Part shown: positions 58,149 to 64,000 of the stretch, in pieces
Numbering within the stretch: the first letter of the stretch is position 1
Layout: each line of letters starts with the position of its first letter
Assembly: GCA_041918155.1 (NCBI GenBank)
Contig: JAYRWH010000017.1
Location: 12,621 to 76,620 of the forward strand
Direction: 5' to 3'
Origin: Ilumatobacteraceae bacterium
GTDB lineage: Bacteria > Actinomycetota > Acidimicrobiia > Acidimicrobiales > Ilumatobacteraceae
DNA length: 64,000 nt
Notes under the pieces: model-generated
Seen by the model: the letters and a program-made list of their open reading frames with translations, nothing else
Databases searched by the model: none
What the model was told of the DNA's origin: nothing
Program-made: the position numbers and the translations under genes

Positions 58149-59294
58149 ATGCGACACACGATTCCCCTTCTCACCGCCACCGCTGCGCTTCTCCTCGGCA
58201 GTGCCTGCACGAAGAACGAGACCGACAGCGCCGGCGGTGCGCTCACCGTGCGCAGCACTGACGACACGTGTGCAGTCAGCGCCACCCAGGCGCCCAGTGG
58301 CAATGTCGTGTTCAAGGTGACCAACGACGGGTCGCAGGTCACCGAGTTCTACCTGCTGGGTGCCGATGGTCTGCGGATCGTCGGTGAGGTCGAGAACATC
58401 GGCCCCGGGCTCACCCGCAACCTCGTGGTCGAGGCCGCGCCGGGCAGCTACTTCACGGCGTGCAAGCCGGGCATGGTGGGTGACGGCATCCGTTCGCCGT
58501 TCACCGTCACCGACTCCGGCCAGGCAGTGGCCACCGGTGACGTTGCCGACCTGCTGGCGACGGCGACCGAGCAGTATCGGCTGTACGTGCGCGACCAGGT
58601 CGCCCAGCTGGTCGACAAGACCCACCAGTTCGCGGAGCTCTACACCGAAGGCGACGACGACGCGGCTCGCGCCCTGTACGCGGATGCCCGAACATACTGG
58701 GAGCGGATCGAGCCCGTGGCCGAGTCGTTCGGGGACCTCGATCCGCGGCTGGACCTGCGCGAAGCCGACCTCGAAGAGGGGCAGGCCTGGACCGGCTGGC
58801 ACGCGATCGAGAAGGACCTGTGGCCGCCCGACAGCGGCTACACCGCACTCACCACGAGCGAGCGCGAAGCACTCGCCGACCAACTCGTGACCGACACCGA
58901 AGACCTGTCGACCCGTGTGCAGGACCTGACCTACACCGCCACCCAACTCGGCAACGGCGCCAAGGAACTGCTCGACGAAGTCGCCACCGGCAAGGTCACC
59001 GGCGAAGAGGAGGCCTGGTCGCACACCGACCTGTGGGACTTCCAGGCCAACGTCGACGGCGCCCGCATCGCGTTCGAGCACCTGCAGCCGGCGCTGGAGA
59101 AGAAGGACCCTGCGCTCGCCGCCACCCTGACGAAGCGGTTCGCCGAACTGCACACACTGCTCGACCAGTACCGCGACGGCGACGGTTTCGTGCTCTACAC
59201 CGACCTCTCCAGCGAGCAGATCAAAGAGCTCGCCGACGCGGTGAACGCACTCAGCGAGCCGCTGGCCGAACTCACCGCGGCAGTCGTGCTATGA
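58149..59294 (+). CDS. efeO: EfeO-like iron uptake lipoprotein (cupredoxin plus imelysin/M75-like domains)
   Basis: Lipobox LLLGSACT. N-terminal cupredoxin-like VFKVTNDGSQVTEFYL...YFTACKPGM, and a C-terminal helical imelysin-like domain. Confidence 0.85.
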   Translation: MRHTIPLLTATAALLLGSACTKNETDSAGGALTVRSTDDTCAVSATQAPSGNVVFKVTNDGSQVTEFYLLGADGLRIVGEVENIGPGLTRNLVVEAAPGSYFTACKPGMVGDGIRSPFTVTDSGQAVATGDVADLLATATEQYRLYVRDQVAQLVDKTHQFAELYTEGDDDAARALYADARTYWERIEPVAESFGDLDPRLDLREADLEEGQAWTGWHAIEKDLWPPDSGYTALTTSEREALADQLVTDTEDLSTRVQDLTYTATQLGNGAKELLDEVATGKVTGEEEAWSHTDLWDFQANVDGARIAFEHLQPALEKKDPALAATLTKRFAELHTLLDQYRDGDGFVLYTDLSSEQIKELADAVNALSEPLAELTAAVVL

Positions 59295-60547
59295 GCCTGT
59301 CACGGCGACGCTTCCTCACCATCGCCGGGGCCGGCGCTGCCGGAGCAGCGACGTTCTCGCTCCCCACAGCTTGCGCTGACGAGCGTGCCGGGACAGACGT
59401 CAACGACACGGTCGACTTCCTCGGCCCGCACCAGGCCGGCATCGTCACCCCCGCGCAGGATCGCCTCCACTTCGCAGCCTTCGACGTCACCACCGACTCA
59501 CGTGACGAGCTCATCGCACTGCTGCGCGCCTGGACCGATGCCGCGGCGAAGATGACCCAAGGGCACGACGTCGGTGAGTTCGGGGCGATGGACGGCCCCA
59601 ACCTTGCGCCGCCGCAGGACACCGGCGAAGCGTTCGGCCTACGCCCGGCGCGGCTCACGATCACATTCGGATTCGGCCCCGGCCTGTTCCTGGACGAGCA
59701 GGGCAACGACCGCTTCGGCCTGGCCGCGCAGCAGCCCGCGTCGCTGCGCACCCTGCCCCATTTCCCCGCCGACAATCTTGACCCGGCACGCTCGGGCGGC
59801 GACCTGTGCGTGCAGGCCTGCGCCGACGACCCACAGGTCGCGGTTCACGCCGTGCGCAACCTCGCCCGCATCGGGTTCGGCACGGTCGCGATGCGCTGGT
59901 CGCAACTGGGTTTCGGGCGCACATCGTCCACCTCCGACACGCAGACCACGCCGCGCAACCTGCTCGGCTTCAAGGACGGCACGAACAACGTCAAGGCCGA
60001 ACACCAGGATCTGCTCGACGAGTTCGTGTGGGTCGGCCCCGACGACGACCCGGCCGCCAGCTGGCTGGCAGGCGGCAGCTACCTGGTCGCGCGGCGGATC
60101 AACATGCACATCGAGACCTGGGATCGCACCTCACTGCTGGAACAGGAGGCGCTGATCGGTCGCGACAAGAAGGAGGGTGCCCCGCTCTCGGGCGGCGGGG
60201 AGTTCACCACCCCCGACTTCACGATGGTCGGTGCCGGCGACGAGCCGATCATCGCCACCACTGCGCACGTTCGCCTCGCGCACCCCGCGCAGAACAGCGG
60301 TACCCACATCCTGCGTCGTGGGTACAACTTCACCGACGGTTCGAACGGATTGGGTCACCTCGATGCCGGCCTGTTCTTCCTGGCGTACACCCGTGATCCG
60401 GTGCAGCACTTCATCCCGTTGCAGACCAACCTTGCTCGCCACGACGCGCTCAACGAGTACATCCAGCACACCGGCTCTGCCCTGTTCGCGGTGCCACCCG
60501 GCACGACAGAAGACGGCTACATCGGCCAAACCCTGTTCGACGCCTGA
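59291..60547 (+). CDS. efeB: Dyp-type peroxidase EfeB with Tat signal
   Basis: Met158 of ORF 58820..60547, ATGA overlap with efeO. Twin-arginine signal MSLSRRRFLTIAGAGAAG. FKDGTNN and HVRLA...RRGYNF Dyp motifs. Confidence 0.9.
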   Translation: MSLSRRRFLTIAGAGAAGAATFSLPTACADERAGTDVNDTVDFLGPHQAGIVTPAQDRLHFAAFDVTTDSRDELIALLRAWTDAAAKMTQGHDVGEFGAMDGPNLAPPQDTGEAFGLRPARLTITFGFGPGLFLDEQGNDRFGLAAQQPASLRTLPHFPADNLDPARSGGDLCVQACADDPQVAVHAVRNLARIGFGTVAMRWSQLGFGRTSSTSDTQTTPRNLLGFKDGTNNVKAEHQDLLDEFVWVGPDDDPAASWLAGGSYLVARRINMHIETWDRTSLLEQEALIGRDKKEGAPLSGGGEFTTPDFTMVGAGDEPIIATTAHVRLAHPAQNSGTHILRRGYNFTDGSNGLGHLDAGLFFLAYTRDPVQHFIPLQTNLARHDALNEYIQHTGSALFAVPPGTTEDGYIGQTLFDA

Positions 60548-60566
60548 CCGGGCCGGGCCCAGCGGT

Positions 60567-61037
60567 TCAGTCGCGTAATTGCTGCGCGAGGTAGTTCTGC
60601 TCGCCGACCTGACGGATCAACTCGATCTGCGCTTCCAGCCAGTCGGCGTGCTCTTCCTCGGACACGAGGATGCCCTCCAGCAGCGCACGCGACGCGTTGT
60701 CGCCGACTGCGACACACGATGCGATCCCGTCGTTCAGTCGCTTGACCGCCGCGTATTCGAGCTGCAGGTCGACCTGAAACTGCTCGGGCACGGTCTCGCC
60801 GACGGTGATCGGGTTCATCCGCTGCATGTTCGGCATGCCCTCGAGGAACAAGATGCGGTCGATCACGATGTCGGCGTGCTTCATCTCGTCGATCGACTCG
60901 TGACGGATGTACTCCGCCAGATACCGATAGCCCCAGTTCTCGCACATCTTGGCGTGAATGAAGTACTGGTTGATCGCCGTCAGCTCTGCTGACAGCACGT
61001 CGTTGAGGATCTCGAGGACTTTCGCATCACCCTGCAT
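60567..61037 (-). CDS. bfr: Bacterioferritin
   Basis: [37 protein letters not shown]... with the ferroxidase Glu/His pattern and the haem-ligand Met region. Confidence 0.95.
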   Translation of the reverse strand: MQGDAKVLEILNDVLSAELTAINQYFIHAKMCENWGYRYLAEYIRHESIDEMKHADIVIDRILFLEGMPNMQRMNPITVGETVPEQFQVDLQLEYAAVKRLNDGIASCVAVGDNASRALLEGILVSEEEHADWLEAQIELIRQVGEQNYLAQQLRD

Positions 61038-61048
61038 GTTCGCCGAGC

Positions 61049-61288
61049 CTACGCAGTTCCGGTCGATGCGAAGCCACAGCGGTCAAGTTCCGAGCCGCCG
61101 GAGCGGACCATCTCGGCCACTGCCACCCCGTTCCGGCGCAACAGTTCGACGACGGCCGGCGCACAGTCTCCGCAGCCGTTCACCGCGCCGCACGCAATCC
61201 GCACATCATCGATCGAGCAGGCACCGGCCTCGATAGCCGCGACGATGTCGCGATCACGCACCACTTCGCACTGGCACACGATCGCCAT
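61049..61288 (-). CDS. bfd: Bacterioferritin-associated (2Fe-2S) ferredoxin
   Basis: MAIVCQCEVV...ACGAVNGCGDCAP has the four-Cys BFD-like pattern C-x-C...C-x2-C. It sits directly upstream of bfr. Confidence 0.88.
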   Translation of the reverse strand: MAIVCQCEVVRDRDIVAAIEAGACSIDDVRIACGAVNGCGDCAPAVVELLRRNGVAVAEMVRSGGSELDRCGFASTGTA

Positions 61289-61356
61289 CTCGCTGCGTCA
61301 CCTCCATCGGGCACCGGTCGTAGGGATCGAACTTACCATTGGCTCCGGGCGCCCCC

Positions 61357-61614
61357 TCAGACCGGCGGCGGCGTCCGCTCATCGACGGTGCTCCAGCGGG
61401 CACCGGCACGGATGAGCGCTGAGGCGGTGTGCAGCGACACTCGGCGAGTCAGCGGCAACCGGTGAGCGACTCCAGTGACCTGCGCCCGCACCCCCTCGTC
61501 GGACACGACCAACAGCACCGACTCAACGCGCCTGAACCCCAGTCGTTCCGCCACGCCAGGGCGTGCACCCACGTTCGCTGCGACAGCCATTCCTCGCGAT
61601 AGTAGGTCGTCCAA
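61357..61614 (-). pseudogene. Possible remnant of a GNAT acetyltransferase C-terminus
   Basis: An 85-aa ORF with a weak TTG start. ANVGARPGVAERLGFRRVE resembles the GNAT C-terminal N..A..LYE.LGF motif, but the acetyl-CoA-binding core is absent. Confidence 0.25.
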
Positions 61615-61674
61615 CGATGACTGTCAAGCCATGTGTCTAATGTGTATTAGGTACCCTTGATAGCCGCATTCTGC

Positions 61675-62475
61675 TCAAGGCCTGCGGTGGTAGACCGCGG
61701 TGAATGTCGATGTCCGTTCGATCCAGCTTCGGGCGGCCGGGCTGATCCATCCGGCGAGTTCCAAGATGTTGTCGTGGATCTGGACCAGCGAGACCAGCGG
61801 GTCGGTCACCTGTGATCCTTTGCGGCGGACACCGGCGAAGACCGGTTCGTGATGGGCGATGCGGTTCCGCATCTCAGCGATCAGCGACACGTGCCGGTGA
61901 GCGAGCCGACGCGACGGCTGCGCGAGACCGGGGAACGCGAAGCGGACGCCTTCGCCGACGTGGCCAGTCGGCAACCACAACGTGGTGCTGTAGTCGACGA
62001 ACGGCCCGTTGTGTCCGCCCCGCGGGCCGCCGGCTTCGAGCAGACCCGCCCAGAAGCCGAACGTCAGCTCGGCGACCACCTTGCCAGCCGAGTAGGTGTC
62101 GATGGTGGCCGTCTTGCCGAGCCAGCCATGGGCCGTTCGCAACCCGTTCACCGACCGGTCGCTCAACTCGGCGATGTAGTCGCGTGCGGTCGGATCCCAG
62201 TACCAGTGATCGCGGCCGAACAGGTTCCGCAACGCCACGTCGATCGCGTTACGCAACACGACCTCGACGAACGCGATGTCCGTGTAGAACGCTGAGCTGA
62301 CGTCGGCGTTCCACAGATACAGCTTCAACGCACCCTCATCGGTGTGGCGCGGCACCGCCAGCCGATACGGCTCGAGCCGACCCGCGCTGAGCAGCACCTT
62401 CAGCTCCGCCCGCTCAGATCGCGAGAAGTCACCGTCGCTTGCCAACGCCGCCATCGCACGCCATACTAAGTCCAT
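61675..62475 (-). CDS. Abi_2 (AbiD/AbiF-like) abortive-infection family protein
   Basis: 266 aa. ...LSAGRLEPYR.......ALKLYLWNADVSSAFYTDIAFVEVVLRNAIDVAL... and MRNRIAHHEPVF match the Abi_2 pattern (R/N..AH.E). Confidence 0.75.
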   Translation of the reverse strand: MDLVWRAMAALASDGDFSRSERAELKVLLSAGRLEPYRLAVPRHTDEGALKLYLWNADVSSAFYTDIAFVEVVLRNAIDVALRNLFGRDHWYWDPTARDYIAELSDRSVNGLRTAHGWLGKTATIDTYSAGKVVAELTFGFWAGLLEAGGPRGGHNGPFVDYSTTLWLPTGHVGEGVRFAFPGLAQPSRRLAHRHVSLIAEMRNRIAHHEPVFAGVRRKGSQVTDPLVSLVQIHDNILELAGWISPAARSWIERTSTFTAVYHRRP

Positions 62476-62544
62476 AACTCCCCCGGGTTGCCGCTCAACA
62501 GAGCCGCCCGGGGGTGCTGTGTTTTTCGGCGACGAGACCGCACA

Positions 62545-62964
62545 TCAACGTGTCACCGCGCAGGTCGCGTAGTCCGACACCGACCGCCCCGACGCCTCAG
62601 CCTTGGACACGATCACGCGCGCCTCGCCGGGCGTGAGCAGCACGGACACCGACACCGTCTGTAGACCGCGGCGCATCGCCGCCGATCGATTCGGTCGCCG
62701 TTGCCGGGCCGGAACGTCCGCTCGGGCGACGAGATCCATGAGCGCCTCGCCGAGCGTGACGCCGTCAGCCGCCGCGCGCTCATAGAGCGTCGTCTTCGCG
62801 TCGACGGTGAGGCTGAGGTTGACGCAACGCATCCGACCGTGCTGTTTGCCGATCAACCTCATCTCCTCGGCGACGATGGCCGCCGAGGAGGTGATCGGCG
62901 TAGCGGCGGTCGGTGTAGGCGGGGCGAGGACGGTACGGGTGATCGAGGCTCTCGGGTCGCTCAT
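62545..62964 (-). CDS. Ribbon-helix-helix-like partition/regulatory protein (ParG/CopG-like), two RHH-like units
   Basis: 4-nt overlap with the parA stop. VNLSLTVDAKTTLYERAAADGVTLGEALMDLV, and a second unit VSVSVLLTPGEARVIVSKAEASGRSVSDYA. Confidence 0.5.
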   Translation of the reverse strand: MSDPRASITRTVLAPPTPTAATPITSSAAIVAEEMRLIGKQHGRMRCVNLSLTVDAKTTLYERAAADGVTLGEALMDLVARADVPARQRRPNRSAAMRRGLQTVSVSVLLTPGEARVIVSKAEASGRSVSDYATCAVTR

Positions 62965-63848
62965 GCTGTTCTCCTTGCGGTGCGGGTCGCCGTCAGCGCG
63001 GCGAGGATCTCGTTGGTCAGCTGCTGGTAGTCATCCGCGAGGCCCGTGGCGGCACTGGAGAACGACTCGCCCTTGGCTGTCGCCTTCCACCACGGATCAG
63101 CGGACAATGCGGCCTTCTCGTATTCGTGGGCGAGGCGTCCGTCGCGGCGGCAGTCGACCGCTGCTGCCTGTGCGAAACGGATGGTCGAGTCGAACACGAT
63201 GATCTGCTCACCGAGCAGCGACCGCAGGGTGTTGCGCACGGTGCGCTTCACGTTCGTCGCGGTCGACACGGTGAGGGTGAGGACGACGCCGAGGATGTCG
63301 AGGTCGGTGTTGCCACCATCGACGCGCAACTGTTGGTAGAGGTCGAACACGGCACCCAGCCCGTCGACCGAACAGTCATCCGGGGCGGTCGGGATCAACA
63401 GGTGCCCGGCAGCACGCGCCGCCAATGTCTGGATGGCGCGTTCACCGGGTGGGGAGTCGATGACGATCAGGTCATACCGGTCCGCGACCTTGGCCAACAT
63501 TGCCTCGACCAACCCGAGCGCTGTCAGGTACTGGCCGCGGGCCATCATCAACTGCACCTCGGCGACCAGGCTGTCCATGTGCCTCCCGCCGGCGGCGAGA
63601 TCGAGGCCGGGGCGGACATTGGTGAGTGGGATGAGCGGTGTGCGGCCGAGGATCGCATCGCGAAGGTTCAACCCGTCATCCGACGCGGCCAACACGCCGA
63701 GGTCGCGAGCCAAGTTGCCCTGCGGGTCGGTGTCCACGGCGAGGACCCGCCAGCGGGAGGCGGCGGCGAGTCCGCAGAGGTTGGCGACCAGGCTGGTCTT
63801 GCCGACGCCGCCTTTGCCGTTGATGGTGAGAATGGAATGTTCGATCAT
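62961..63848 (-). CDS. parA: ParA-family partition ATPase
   Basis: Met34 of the track ORF with an AGGAG RBS. Canonical deviant Walker A INGKGGVGKTS, plus VDTDPQGN and VIDSPPG. Confidence 0.9.
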   Translation of the reverse strand: MIEHSILTINGKGGVGKTSLVANLCGLAAASRWRVLAVDTDPQGNLARDLGVLAASDDGLNLRDAILGRTPLIPLTNVRPGLDLAAGGRHMDSLVAEVQLMMARGQYLTALGLVEAMLAKVADRYDLIVIDSPPGERAIQTLAARAAGHLLIPTAPDDCSVDGLGAVFDLYQQLRVDGGNTDLDILGVVLTLTVSTATNVKRTVRNTLRSLLGEQIIVFDSTIRFAQAAAVDCRRDGRLAHEYEKAALSADPWWKATAKGESFSSAATGLADDYQQLTNEILAALTATRTARRTA

Positions 63849-63861
63849 GACTGTTCTCCTG

Positions 63862-63945
63862 TTGTGCTCGTGGTGTCCTCGTGGACACCTCGGGGTGTGC
63901 TCGTGGTCACCTGGTGGTGACCGTCGGGTGTGCTCGTGGCCACCC
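63862..63945. repeat. Three iterons spaced exactly 33 bp apart upstream of parA (candidate centromere/operator)
   Basis: (T/G)TGTGCTCGTGG at 63862, 63895 and 63928. The first two are each followed by a palindrome: GTGTCC-TCGT-GGACAC and GGTCACC-TGGT-GGTGACC. Confidence 0.75.
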
Positions 63946-64000
63946 ACAGCCGGTAGTGGGTAAGGCGTGTCGCGTGGCGCATCGCCGGCGGCATCCGCAC

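Noticed and set aside
58820-59290. 157-codon extension upstream of EfeB
   Set aside because: It overlaps efeO out of frame and is Arg-rich. The Tat signal MSLSRRRFL at Met158, with its ATGA coupling, marks the real start.
63849-63947. His-rich N-terminal extension of ParA (MGGHEHTRRSPPGDHEHTPRCPRGHHEHNRRTV)
   Set aside because: The HEHT periodicity is simply the translation of the 33-bp DNA iterons. ParA has its own AGGAG RBS and starts at Met34, just before the Walker A motif.

Overview
Very GC-rich, densely coding chromosomal segment of actinobacterial type. The topA-tmk-holB block next to a Tad/Flp locus, the lipobox lipoproteins, the MMPL transporter and furA-katG fit that assignment. 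I call about 68 CDS, one gene remnant and 4 tRNAs: a UCA-anticodon, long-variable-arm tRNA read as tRNA-Sec, plus Thr-CGU, Ser-GCU and Arg-ACG. I also call several hairpin terminators and three sets of short DNA repeats. No rRNA, CRISPR array or IS element was seen.

Gene order, left to right:
- Sugar ABC transporter operon (minus strand), ABC1 kinase, BI-1 membrane protein, a group-2-like sigma-70 factor and a large ATPase-LuxR regulator.
- A four-lipoprotein operon, a MORN-repeat protein, a secreted esterase and a GT-C glycosyltransferase.
- tRNA-Sec, then cell-wall enzymes.
- Tad/Flp cluster 1 (plus strand; minimal, carries the canonical Flp prepilin), followed by a STAS protein and an LPXTG protein.
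- rsgA, an MMPL transporter, topA, mazEF, an EamA transporter, tmk, holB, tRNA-Thr.
- A translationally coupled secernin-like / aminotransferase / kinase-like operon.
- Tad/Flp cluster 2 (minus strand; 10 recognisable tad genes plus three unusual terminal genes: a membrane-anchored BTAD protein, a degenerate PEP-utiliser domain ORF and a tandem cupredoxin-like lipoprotein).
- tRNA-Ser, a membrane acyltransferase, two tandem LysM-transglycosylase paralogues.
- tRNA-Arg with an adjacent tyrosine integrase.
- An iron and oxidative-stress block (furA-katG, dps, efeUOB, bfr-bfd).
- An Abi_2 / RHH / ParA module with 33-bp-spaced iterons at the right edge.

The leads I consider most worth following:
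- The extended Tad cluster 2 with its membrane-tethered SARP/BTAD-like protein.
- The apparent cross-dependence of the two Tad clusters.
- The tRNA-Arg/integrase to ParA region as a possible integrative element.
- The orphan selC-like tRNA.

All calls come from reading the sequence and the ORF track. No database search was run.
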